37,087 nucleotides of DNA, from the NCBI GenBank assembly GCA_000004985.1, contig GG739025.1. One strand, given 5' to 3'. The stretch comes from Naegleria gruberi (Eukaryota). The notes under the pieces are model-generated. The model saw only the letters and a program-made list of their open reading frames with translations. It did not search any database and was not told the origin of the DNA. A program made the translations under genes and the position numbers. This document shows positions 10,001 through 22,000 of the stretch, in pieces (position 1 is the first letter of the stretch; each line of letters starts with the position of its first letter).

Positions 10001-13000
10001 NNNNNNNNNNNNNNNNNNNNNNNNNNNNNNNNNNNNNNNNNNNNNNNNNNNNNNNNNNNNNNNNNNNNNNNNNNNNNNNNNNNNNNNNNNNNNNNNNNNN
10101 NNNNNNNNNNNNNNNNNNNNNNNNNNNNNNNNNNNNNNNNNNNNNNNNNNNNNNNNNNNNNNNNNNNNNNNNNNNNNNNNNNNNNNNNNNNNNNNNNNNN
10201 NNNNNNNNNNNNNNNNNNNNNNNNNNNNNNNNNNNNNNNNNNNNNNNNNNNNNNNNNNNNNNNNNNNNNNNNNNNNNNNNNNNNNNNNNNNNNNNNNNNN
10301 NNNNNNNNNNNNNNNNNNNNNNNNNNNNNNNNNNNNNNNNNNNNNNNNNNNNNNNNNNNNNNNNNNNNNNNNNNNNNNNNNNNNNNNNNNNNNNNNNNNN
10401 NNNNNNNNNNNNNNNNNNNNNNNNNNNNNNNNNNNNNNNNNNNNNNNNNNNNNNNNNNNNNNNNNNNNNNNNNNNNNNNNNNNNNNNNNNNNNNNNNNNN
10501 NNNNNNNNNNNNNNNNNNNNNNNNNNNNNNNNNNNNNNNNNNNNNNNNNNNNNNNNNNNNNNNNNNNNNNNNNNNNNNNNNNNNNNNNNNNNNNNNNNNN
10601 NNNNNNNNNNNNNNNNNNNNNNNNNNNNNNNNNNNNNNNNNNNNNNNNNNNNNNNNNNNNNNNNNNNNNNNNNNNNNNNNNNNNNNNNNNNNNNNNNNNN
10701 NNNNNNNNNNNNNNNNNNNNNNNNNNNNNNNNNNNNNNNNNNNNNNNNNNNNNNNNNNNNNNNNNNNNNNNNNNNNNNNNNNNNNNNNNNNNNNNNNNNN
10801 NNNNNNNNNNNNNNNNNNNNNNNNNNNNNNNNNNNNNNNNNNNNNNNNNNNNNNNNNNNNNNNNNNNNNNNNNNNNNNNNNNNNNNNNNNNNNNNNNNNN
10901 NNNNNNNNNNNNNNNNNNNNNNNNNNNNNNNNNNNNNNNNNNNNNNNNNNNNNNNNNNNNNNNNNNNNNNNNNNNNNNNNNNNNNNNNNNNNNNNNNNNN
11001 NNNNNNNNNNNNNNNNNNNNNNNNNNNNNNNNNNNNNNNNNNNNNNNNNNNNNNNNNNNNNNNNNNNNNNNNNNNNNNNNNNNNNNNNNNNNNNNNNNNN
11101 NNNNNNNNNNNNNNNNNNNNNNNNNNNNNNNNNNNNNNNNNNNNNNNNNNNNNNNNNNNNNNNNNNNNNNNNNNNNNNNNNNNNNNNNNNNNNNNNNNNN
11201 NNNNNNNNNNNNNNNNNNNNNNNNNNNNNNNNNNNNNNNNNNNNNNNNNNNNNNNNNNNNNNNNNNNNNNNNNNNNNNNNNNNNNNNNNNNNNNNNNNNN
11301 NNNNNNNNNNNNNNNNNNNNNNNNNNNNNNNNNNNNNNNNNNNNNNNNNNNNNNNNNNNNNNNNNNNNNNNNNNNNNNNNNNNNNNNNNNNNNNNNNNNN
11401 NNNNNNNNNNNNNNNNNNNNNNNNNNNNNNNNNNNNNNNNNNNNNNNNNNNNNNNNNNNNNNNNNNNNNNNNNNNNNNNNNNNNNNNNNNNNNNNNNNNN
11501 NNNNNNNNNNNNNNNNNNNNNNNNNNNNNNNNNNNNNNNNNNNNNNNNNNNNNNNNNNNNNNNNNNNNNNNNNNNNNNNNNNNNNNNNNNNNNNNNNNNN
11601 NNNNNNNNNNNNNNNNNNNNNNNNNNNNNNNNNNNNNNNNNNNNNNNNNNNNNNNNNNNNNNNNNNNNNNNNNNNNNNNNNNNNNNNNNNNNNNNNNNNN
11701 NNNNNNNNNNNNNNNNNNNNNNNNNNNNNNNNNNNNNNNNNNNNNNNNNNNNNNNNNNNNNNNNNNNNNNNNNNNNNNNNNNNNNNNNNNNNNNNNNNNN
11801 NNNNNNNNNNNNNNNNNNNNNNNNNNNNNNNNNNNNNNNNNNNNNNNNNNNNNNNNNNNNNNNNNNNNNNNNNNNNNNNNNNNNNNNNNNNNNNNNNNNN
11901 NNNNNNNNNNNNNNNNNNNNNNNNNNNNNNNNNNNNNNNNNNNNNNNNNNNNNNNNNNNNNNNNNNNNNNNNNNNNNNNNNNNNNNNNNNNNNNNNNNNN
12001 NNNNNNNNNNNNNNNNNNNNNNNNNNNNNNNNNNNNNNNNNNNNNNNNNNNNNNNNNNNNNNNNNNNNNNNNNNNNNNNNNNNNNNNNNNNNNNNNNNNN
12101 NNNNNNNNNNNNNNNNNNNNNNNNNNNNNNNNNNNNNNNNNNNNNNNNNNNNNNNNNNNNNNNNNNNNNNNNNNNNNNNNNNNNNNNNNNNNNNNNNNNN
12201 NNNNNNNNNNNNNNNNNNNNNNNNNNNNNNNNNNNNNNNNNNNNNNNNNNNNNNNNNNNNNNNNNNNNNNNNNNNNNNNNNNNNNNNNNNNNNNNNNNNN
12301 NNNNNNNNNNNNNNNNNNNNNNNNNNNNNNNNNNNNNNNNNNNNNNNNNNNNNNNNNNNNNNNNNNNNNNNNNNNNNNNNNNNNNNNNNNNNNNNNNNNN
12401 NNNNNNNNNNNNNNNNNNNNNNNNNNNNNNNNNNNNNNNNNNNNNNNNNNNNNNNNNNNNNNNNNNNNNNNNNNNNNNNNNNNNNNNNNNNNNNNNNNNN
12501 NNNNNNNNNNNNNNNNNNNNNNNNNNNNNNNNNNNNNNNNNNNNNNNNNNNNNNNNNNNNNNNNNNNNNNNNNNNNNNNNNNNNNNNNNNNNNNNNNNNN
12601 NNNNNNNNNNNNNNNNNNNNNNNNNNNNNNNNNNNNNNNNNNNNNNNNNNNNNNNNNNNNNNNNNNNNNNNNNNNNNNNNNNNNNNNNNNNNNNNNNNNN
12701 NNNNNNNNNNNNNNNNNNNNNNNNNNNNNNNNNNNNNNNNNNNNNNNNNNNNNNNNNNNNNNNNNNNNNNNNNNNNNNNNNNNNNNNNNNNNNNNNNNNN
12801 NNNNNNNNNNNNNNNNNNNNNNNNNNNNNNNNNNNNNNNNNNNNNNNNNNNNNNNNNNNNNNNNNNNNNNNNNNNNNNNNNNNNNNNNNNNNNNNNNNNN
12901 NNNNNNNNNNNNNNNNNNNNNNNNNNNNNNNNNNNNNNNNNNNNNNNNNNNNNNNNNNNNNNNNNNNNNNNNNNNNNNNNNNNNNNNNNNNNNNNNNNNN

Positions 13001-16000
13001 NNNNNNNNNNNNNNNNNNNNNNNNNNNNNNNNNNNNNNNNNNNNNNNNNNNNNNNNNNNNNNNNNNNNNNNNNNNNNNNNNNNNNNNNNNNNNNNNNNNN
13101 NNNNNNNNNNNNNNNNNNNNNNNNNNNNNNNNNNNNNNNNNNNNNNNNNNNNNNNNNNNNNNNNNNNNNNNNNNNNNNNNNNNNNNNNNNNNNNNNNNNN
13201 NNNNNNNNNNNNNNNNNNNNNNNNNNNNNNNNNNNNNNNNNNNNNNNNNNNNNNNNNNNNNNNNNNNNNNNNNNNNNNNNNNNNNNNNNNNNNNNNNNNN
13301 NNNNNNNNNNNNNNNNNNNNNNNNNNNNNNNNNNNNNNNNNNNNNNNNNNNNNNNNNNNNNNNNNNNNNNNNNNNNNNNNNNNNNNNNNNNNNNNNNNNN
13401 NNNNNNNNNNNNNNNNNNNNNNNNNNNNNNNNNNNNNNNNNNNNNNNNNNNNNNNNNNNNNNNNNNNNNNNNNNNNNNNNNNNNNNNNNNNNNNNNNNNN
13501 NNNNNNNNNNNNNNNNNNNNNNNNNNNNNNNNNNNNNNNNNNNNNNNNNNNNNNNNNNNNNNNNNNNNNNNNNNNNNNNNNNNNNNNNNNNNNNNNNNNN
13601 NNNNNNNNNNNNNNNNNNNNNNNNNNNNNNNNNNNNNNNNNNNNNNNNNNNNNNNNNNNNNNNNNNNNNNNNNNNNNNNNNNNNNNNNNNNNNNNNNNNN
13701 NNNNNNNNNNNNNNNNNNNNNNNNNNNNNNNNNNNNNNNNNNNNNNNNNNNNNNNNNNNNNNNNNNNNNNNNNNNNNNNNNNNNNNNNNNNNNNNNNNNN
13801 NNNNNNNNNNNNNNNNNNNNNNNNNNNNNNNNNNNNNNNNNNNNNNNNNNNNNNNNNNNNNNNNNNNNNNNNNNNNNNNNNNNNNNNNNNNNNNNNNNNN
13901 NNNNNNNNNNNNNNNNNNNNNNNNNNNNNNNNNNNNNNNNNNNNNNNNNNNNNNNNNNNNNNNNNNNNNNNNNNNNNNNNNNNNNNNNNNNNNNNNNNNN
14001 NNNNNNNNNNNNNNNNNNNNNNNNNNNNNNNNNNNNNNNNNNNNNNNNNNNNNNNNNNNNNNNNNNNNNNNNNNNNNNNNNNNNNNNNNNNNNNNNNNNN
14101 NNNNNNNNNNNNNNNNNNNNNNNNNNNNNNNNNNNNNNNNNNNNNNNNNNNNNNNNNNNNNNNNNNNNNNNNNNNNNNNNNNNNNNNNNNNNNNNNNNNN
14201 NNNNNNNNNNNNNNNNNNNNNNNNNNNNNNNNNNNNNNNNNNNNNNNNNNNNNNNNNNNNNNNNNNNNNNNNNNNNNNNNNNNNNNNNNNNNNNNNNNNN
14301 NNNNNNNNNNNNNNNNNNNNNNNNNNNNNNNNNNNNNNNNNNNNNNNNNNNNNNNNNNNNNNNNNNNNNNNNNNNNNNNNNNNNNNNNNNNNNNNNNNNN
14401 NNNNNNNNNNNNNNNNNNNNNNNNNNNNNNNNNNNNNNNNNNNNNNNNNNNNNNNNNNNNNNNNNNNNNNNNNNNNNNNNNNNNNNNNNNNNNNNNNNNN
14501 NNNNNNNNNNNNNNNNNNNNNNNNNNNNNNNNNNNNNNNNNNNNNNNNNNNNNNNNNNNNNNNNNNNNNNNNNNNNNNNNNNNNNNNNNNNNNNNNNNNN
14601 NNNNNNNNNNNNNNNNNNNNNNNNNNNNNNNNNNNNNNNNNNNNNNNNNNNNNNNNNNNNNNNNNNNNNNNNNNNNNNNNNNNNNNNNNNNNNNNNNNNN
14701 NNNNNNNNNNNNNNNNNNNNNNNNNNNNNNNNNNNNNNNNNNNNNNNNNNNNNNNNNNNNNNNNNNNNNNNNNNNNNNNNNNNNNNNNNNNNNNNNNNNN
14801 NNNNNNNNNNNNNNNNNNNNNNNNNNNNNNNNNNNNNNNNNNNNNNNNNNNNNNNNNNNNNNNNNNNNNNNNNNNNNNNNNNNNNNNNNNNNNNNNNNNN
14901 NNNNNNNNNNNNNNNNNNNNNNNNNNNNNNNNNNNNNNNNNNNNNNNNNNNNNNNNNNNNNNNNNNNNNNNNNNNNNNNNNNNNNNNNNNNNNNNNNNNN
15001 NNNNNNNNNNNNNNNNNNNNNNNNNNNNNNNNNNNNNNNNNNNNNNNNNNNNNNNNNNNNNNNNNNNNNNNNNNNNNNNNNNNNNNNNNNNNNNNNNNNN
15101 NNNNNNNNNNNNNNNNNNNNNNNNNNNNNNNNNNNNNNNNNNNNNNNNNNNNNNNNNNNNNNNNNNNNNNNNNNNNNNNNNNNNNNNNNNNNNNNNNNNN
15201 NNNNNNNNNNNNNNNNNNNNNNNNNNNNNNNNNNNNNNNNNNNNNNNNNNNNNNNNNNNNNNNNNNNNNNNNNNNNNNNNNNNNNNNNNNNNNNNNNNNN
15301 NNNNNNNNNNNNNNNNNNNNNNNNNNNNNNNNNNNNNNNNNNNNNNNNNNNNNNNNNNNNNNNNNNNNNNNNNNNNNNNNNNNNNNNNNNNNNNNNNNNN
15401 NNNNNNNNNNNNNNNNNNNNNNNNNNNNNNNNNNNNNNNNNNNNNNNNNNNNNNNNNNNNNNNNNNNNNNNNNNNNNNNNNNNNNNNNNNNNNNNNNNNN
15501 NNNNNNNNNNNNNNNNNNNNNNNNNNNNNNNNNNNNNNNNNNNNNNNNNNNNNNNNNNNNNNNNNNNNNNNNNNNNNNNNNNNNNNNNNNNNNNNNNNNN
15601 NNNNNNNNNNNNNNNNNNNNNNNNNNNNNNNNNNNNNNNNNNNNNNNNNNNNNNNNNNNNNNNNNNNNNNNNNNNNNNNNNNNNNNNNNNNNNNNNNNNN
15701 NNNNNNNNNNNNNNNNNNNNNNNNNNNNNNNNNNNNNNNNNNNNNNNNNNNNNNNNNNNNNNNNNNNNNNNNNNNNNNNNNNNNNNNNNNNNNNNNNNNN
15801 NNNNNNNNNNNNNNNNNNNNNNNNNNNNNNNNNNNNNNNNNNNNNNNNNNNNNNNNNNNNNNNNNNNNNNNNNNNNNNNNNNNNNNNNNNNNNNNNNNNN
15901 NNNNNNNNNNNNNNNNNNNNNNNNNNNNNNNNNNNNNNNNNNNNNNNNNNNNNNNNNNNNNNNNNNNNNNNNNNNNNNNNNNNNNNNNNNNNNNNNNNNN

Positions 16001-19000
16001 NNNNNNNNNNNNNNNNNNNNNNNNNNNNNNNNNNNNNNNNNNNNNNNNNNNNNNNNNNNNNNNNNNNNNNNNNNNNNNNNNNNNNNNNNNNNNNNNNNNN
16101 NNNNNNNNNNNNNNNNNNNNNNNNNNNNNNNNNNNNNNNNNNNNNNNNNNNNNNNNNNNNNNNNNNNNNNNNNNNNNNNNNNNNNNNNNNNNNNNNNNNN
16201 NNNNNNNNNNNNNNNNNNNNNNNNNNNNNNNNNNNNNNNNNNNNNNNNNNNNNNNNNNNNNNNNNNNNNNNNNNNNNNNNNNNNNNNNNNNNNNNNNNNN
16301 NNNNNNNNNNNNNNNNNNNNNNNNNNNNNNNNNNNNNNNNNNNNNNNNNNNNNNNNNNNNNNNNNNNNNNNNNNNNNNNNNNNNNNNNNNNNNNNNNNNN
16401 NNNNNNNNNNNNNNNNNNNNNNNNNNNNNNNNNNNNNNNNNNNNNNNNNNNNNNNNNNNNNNNNNNNNNNNNNNNNNNNNNNNNNNNNNNNNNNNNNNNN
16501 NNNNNNNNNNNNNNNNNNNNNNNNNNNNNNNNNNNNNNNNNNNNNNNNNNNNNNNNNNNNNNNNNNNNNNNNNNNNNNNNNNNNNNNNNNNNNNNNNNNN
16601 NNNNNNNNNNNNNNNNNNNNNNNNNNNNNNNNNNNNNNNNNNNNNNNNNNNNNNNNNNNNNNNNNNNNNNNNNNNNNNNNNNNNNNNNNNNNNNNNNNNN
16701 NNNNNNNNNNNNNNNNNNNNNNNNNNNNNNNNNNNNNNNNNNNNNNNNNNNNNNNNNNNNNNNNNNNNNNNNNNNNNNNNNNNNNNNNNNNNNNNNNNNN
16801 NNNNNNNNNNNNNNNNNNNNNNNNNNNNNNNNNNNNNNNNNNNNNNNNNNNNNNNNNNNNNNNNNNNNNNNNNNNNNNNNNNNNNNNNNNNNNNNNNNNN
16901 NNNNNNNNNNNNNNNNNNNNNNNNNNNNNNNNNNNNNNNNNNNNNNNNNNNNNNNNNNNNNNNNNNNNNNNNNNNNNNNNNNNNNNNNNNNNNNNNNNNN
17001 NNNNNNNNNNNNNNNNNNNNNNNNNNNNNNNNNNNNNNNNNNNNNNNNNNNNNNNNNNNNNNNNNNNNNNNNNNNNNNNNNNNNNNNNNNNNNNNNNNNN
17101 NNNNNNNNNNNNNNNNNNNNNNNNNNNNNNNNNNNNNNNNNNNNNNNNNNNNNNNNNNNNNNNNNNNNNNNNNNNNNNNNNNNNNNNNNNNNNNNNNNNN
17201 NNNNNNNNNNNNNNNNNNNNNNNNNNNNNNNNNNNNNNNNNNNNNNNNNNNNNNNNNNNNNNNNNNNNNNNNNNNNNNNNNNNNNNNNNNNNNNNNNNNN
17301 NNNNNNNNNNNNNNNNNNNNNNNNNNNNNNNNNNNNNNNNNNNNNNNNNNNNNNNNNNNNNNNNNNNNNNNNNNNNNNNNNNNNNNNNNNNNNNNNNNNN
17401 NNNNNNNNNNNNNNNNNNNNNNNNNNNNNNNNNNNNNNNNNNNNNNNNNNNNNNNNNNNNNNNNNNNNNNNNNNNNNNNNNNNNNNNNNNNNNNNNNNNN
17501 NNNNNNNNNNNNNNNNNNNNNNNNNNNNNNNNNNNNNNNNNNNNNNNNNNNNNNNNNNNNNNNNNNNNNNNNNNNNNNNNNNNNNNNNNNNNNNNNNNNN
17601 NNNNNNNNNNNNNNNNNNNNNNNNNNNNNNNNNNNNNNNNNNNNNNNNNNNNNNNNNNNNNNNNNNNNNNNNNNNNNNNNNNNNNNNNNNNNNNNNNNNN
17701 NNNNNNNNNNNNNNNNNNNNNNNNNNNNNNNNNNNNNNNNNNNNNNNNNNNNNNNNNNNNNNNNNNNNNNNNNNNNNNNNNNNNNNNNNNNNNNNNNNNN
17801 NNNNNNNNNNNNNNNNNNNNNNNNNNNNNNNNNNNNNNNNNNNNNNNNNNNNNNNNNNNNNNNNNNNNNNNNNNNNNNNNNNNNNNNNNNNNNNNNNNNN
17901 NNNNNNNNNNNNNNNNNNNNNNNNNNNNNNNNNNNNNNNNNNNNNNNNNNNNNNNNNNNNNNNNNNNNNNNNNNNNNNNNNNNNNNNNNNNNNNNNNNNN
18001 NNNNNNNNNNNNNNNNNNNNNNNNNNNNNNNNNNNNNNNNNNNNNNNNNNNNNNNNNNNNNNNNNNNNNNNNNNNNNNNNNNNNNNNNNNNNNNNNNNNN
18101 NNNNNNNNNNNNNNNNNNNNNNNNNNNNNNNNNNNNNNNNNNNNNNNNNNNNNNNNNNNNNNNNNNNNNNNNNNNNNNNNNNNNNNNNNNNNNNNNNNNN
18201 NNNNNNNNNNNNNNNNNNNNNNNNNNNNNNNNNNNNNNNNNNNNNNNNNNNNNNNNNNNNNNNNNNNNNNNNNNNNNNNNNNNNNNNNNNNNNNNNNNNN
18301 NNNNNNNNNNNNNNNNNNNNNNNNNNNNNNNNNNNNNNNNNNNNNNNNNNNNNNNNNNNNNNNNNNNNNNNNNNNNNNNNNNNNNNNNNNNNNNNNNNNN
18401 NNNNNNNNNNNNNNNNNNNNNNNNNNNNNNNNNNNNNNNNNNNNNNNNNNNNNNNNNNNNNNNNNNNNNNNNNNNNNNNNNNNNNNNNNNNNNNNNNNNN
18501 NNNNNNNNNNNNNNNNNNNNNNNNNNNNNNNNNNNNNNNNNNNNNNNNNNNNNNNNNNNNNNNNNNNNNNNNNNNNNNNNNNNNNNNNNNNNNNNNNNNN
18601 NNNNNNNNNNNNNNNNNNNNNNNNNNNNNNNNNNNNNNNNNNNNNNNNNNNNNNNNNNNNNNNNNNNNNNNNNNNNNNNNNNNNNNNNNNNNNNNNNNNN
18701 NNNNNNNNNNNNNNNNNNNNNNNNNNNNNNNNNNNNNNNNNNNNNNNNNNNNNNNNNNNNNNNNNNNNNNNNNNNNNNNNNNNNNNNNNNNNNNNNNNNN
18801 NNNNNNNNNNNNNNNNNNNNNNNNNNNNNNNNNNNNNNNNNNNNNNNNNNNNNNNNNNNNNNNNNNNNNNNNNNNNNNNNNNNNNNNNNNNNNNNNNNNN
18901 NNNNNNNNNNNNNNNNNNNNNNNNNNNNNNNNNNNNNNNNNNNNNNNNNNNNNNNNNNNNNNNNNNNNNNNNNNNNNNNNNNNNNNNNNNNNNNNNNNNN

Positions 19001-22000
19001 NNNNNNNNNNNNNNNNNNNNNNNNNNNNNNNNNNNNNNNNNNNNNNNNNNNNNNNNNNNNNNNNNNNNNNNNNNNNNNNNNNNNNNNNNNNNNNNNNNNN
19101 NNNNNNNNNNNNNNNNNNNNNNNNNNNNNNNNNNNNNNNNNNNNNNNNNNNNNNNNNNNNNNNNNNNNNNNNNNNNNNNNNNNNNNNNNNNNNNNNNNNN
19201 NNNNNNNNNNNNNNNNNNNNNNNNNNNNNNNNNNNNNNNNNNNNNNNNNNNNNNNNNNNNNNNNNNNNNNNNNNNNNNNNNNNNNNNNNNNNNNNNNNNN
19301 NNNNNNNNNNNNNNNNNNNNNNNNNNNNNNNNNNNNNNNNNNNNNNNNNNNNNNNNNNNNNNNNNNNNNNNNNNNNNNNNNNNNNNNNNNNNNNNNNNNN
19401 NNNNNNNNNNNNNNNNNNNNNNNNNNNNNNNNNNNNNNNNNNNNNNNNNNNNNNNNNNNNNNNNNNNNNNNNNNNNNNNNNNNNNNNNNNNNNNNNNNNN
19501 NNNNNNNNNNNNNNNNNNNNNNNNNNNNNNNNNNNNNNNNNNNNNNNNNNNNNNNNNNNNNNNNNNNNNNNNNNNNNNNNNNNNNNNNNNNNNNNNNNNN
19601 NNNNNNNNNNNNNNNNNNNNNNNNNNNNNNNNNNNNNNNNNNNNNNNNNNNNNNNNNNNNNNNNNNNNNNNNNNNNNNNNNNNNNNNNNNNNNNNNNNNN
19701 NNNNNNNNNNNNNNNNNNNNNNNNNNNNNNNNNNNNNNNNNNNNNNNNNNNNNNNNNNNNNNNNNNNNNNNNNNNNNNNNNNNNNNNNNNNNNNNNNNNN
19801 NNNNNNNNNNNNNNNNNNNNNNNNNNNNNNNNNNNNNNNNNNNNNNNNNNNNNNNNNNNNNNNNNNNNNNNNNNNNNNNNNNNNNNNNNNNNNNNNNNNN
19901 NNNNNNNNNNNNNNNNNNNNNNNNNNNNNNNNNNNNNNNNNNNNNNNNNNNNNNNNNNNNNNNNNNNNNNNNNNNNNNNNNNNNNNNNNNNNNNNNNNNN
20001 NNNNNNNNNNNNNNNNNNNNNNNNNNNNNNNNNNNNNNNNNNNNNNNNNNNNNNNNNNNNNNNNNNNNNNNNNNNNNNNNNNNNNNNNNNNNNNNNNNNN
20101 NNNNNNNNNNNNNNNNNNNNNNNNNNNNNNNNNNNNNNNNNNNNNNNNNNNNNNNNNNNNNNNNNNNNNNNNNNNNNNNNNNNNNNNNNNNNNNNNNNNN
20201 NNNNNNNNNNNNNNNNNNNNNNNNNNNNNNNNNNNNNNNNNNNNNNNNNNNNNNNNNNNNNNNNNNNNNNNNNNNNNNNNNNNNNNNNNNNNNNNNNNNN
20301 NNNNNNNNNNNNNNNNNNNNNNNNNNNNNNNNNNNNNNNNNNNNNNNNNNNNNNNNNNNNNNNNNNNNNNNNNNNNNNNNNNNNNNNNNNNNNNNNNNNN
20401 NNNNNNNNNNNNNNNNNNNNNNNNNNNNNNNNNNNNNNNNNNNNNNNNNNNNNNNNNNNNNNNNNNNNNNNNNNNNNNNNNNNNNNNNNNNNNNNNNNNN
20501 NNNNNNNNNNNNNNNNNNNNNNNNNNNNNNNNNNNNNNNNNNNNNNNNNNNNNNNNNNNNNNNNNNNNNNNNNNNNNNNNNNNNNNNNNNNNNNNNNNNN
20601 NNNNNNNNNNNNNNNNNNNNNNNNNNNNNNNNNNNNNNNNNNNNNNNNNNNNNNNNNNNNNNNNNNNNNNNNNNNNNNNNNNNNNNNNNNNNNNNNNNNN
20701 NNNNNNNNNNNNNNNNNNNNNNNNNNNNNNNNNNNNNNNNNNNNNNNNNNNNNNNNNNNNNNNNNNNNNNNNNNNNNNNNNNNNNNNNNNNNNNNNNNNN
20801 NNNNNNNNNNNNNNNNNNNNNNNNNNNNNNNNNNNNNNNNNNNNNNNNNNNNNNNNNNNNNNNNNNNNNNNNNNNNNNNNNNNNNNNNNNNNNNNNNNNN
20901 NNNNNNNNNNNNNNNNNNNNNNNNNNNNNNNNNNNNNNNNNNNNNNNNNNNNNNNNNNNNNNNNNNNNNNNNNNNNNNNNNNNNNNNNNNNNNNNNNNNN
21001 NNNNNNNNNNNNNNNNNNNNNNNNNNNNNNNNNNNNNNNNNNNNNNNNNNNNNNNNNNNNNNNNNNNNNNNNNNNNNNNNNNNNNNNNNNNNNNNNNNNN
21101 NNNNNNNNNNNNNNNNNNNNNNNNNNNNNNNNNNNNNNNNNNNNNNNNNNNNNNNNNNNNNNNNNNNNNNNNNNNNNNNNNNNNNNNNNNNNNNNNNNNN
21201 NNNNNNNNNNNNNNNNNNNNNNNNNNNNNNNNNNNNNNNNNNNNNNNNNNNNNNNNNNNNNNNNNNNNNNNNNNNNNNNNNNNNNNNNNNNNNNNNNNNN
21301 NNNNNNNNNNNNNNNNNNNNNNNNNNNNNNNNNNNNNNNNNNNNNNNNNNNNNNNNNNNNNNNNNNNNNNNNNNNNNNNNNNNNNNNNNNNNNNNNNNNN
21401 NNNNNNNNNNNNNNNNNNNNNNNNNNNNNNNNNNNNNNNNNNNNNNNNNNNNNNNNNNNNNNNNNNNNNNNNNNNNNNNNNNNNNNNNNNNNNNNNNNNN
21501 NNNNNNNNNNNNNNNNNNNNNNNNNNNNNNNNNNNNNNNNNNNNNNNNNNNNNNNNNNNNNNNNNNNNNNNNNNNNNNNNNNNNNNNNNNNNNNNNNNNN
21601 NNNNNNNNNNNNNNNNNNNNNNNNNNNNNNNNNNNNNNNNNNNNNNNNNNNNNNNNNNNNNNNNNNNNNNNNNNNNNNNNNNNNNNNNNNNNNNNNNNNN
21701 NNNNNNNNNNNNNNNNNNNNNNNNNNNNNNNNNNNNNNNNNNNNNNNNNNNNNNNNNNNNNNNNNNNNNNNNNNNNNNNNNNNNNNNNNNNNNNNNNNNN
21801 NNNNNNNNNNNNNNNNNNNNNNNNNNNNNNNNNNNNNNNNNNNNNNNNNNNNNNNNNNNNNNNNNNNNNNNNNNNNNNNNNNNNNNNNNNNNNNNNNNNN
21901 NNNNNNNNNNNNNNNNNNNNNNNNNNNNNNNNNNNNNNNNNNNNNNNNNNNNNNNNNNNNNNNNNNNNNNNNNNNNNNNNNNNNNNNNNNNNNNNNNNNN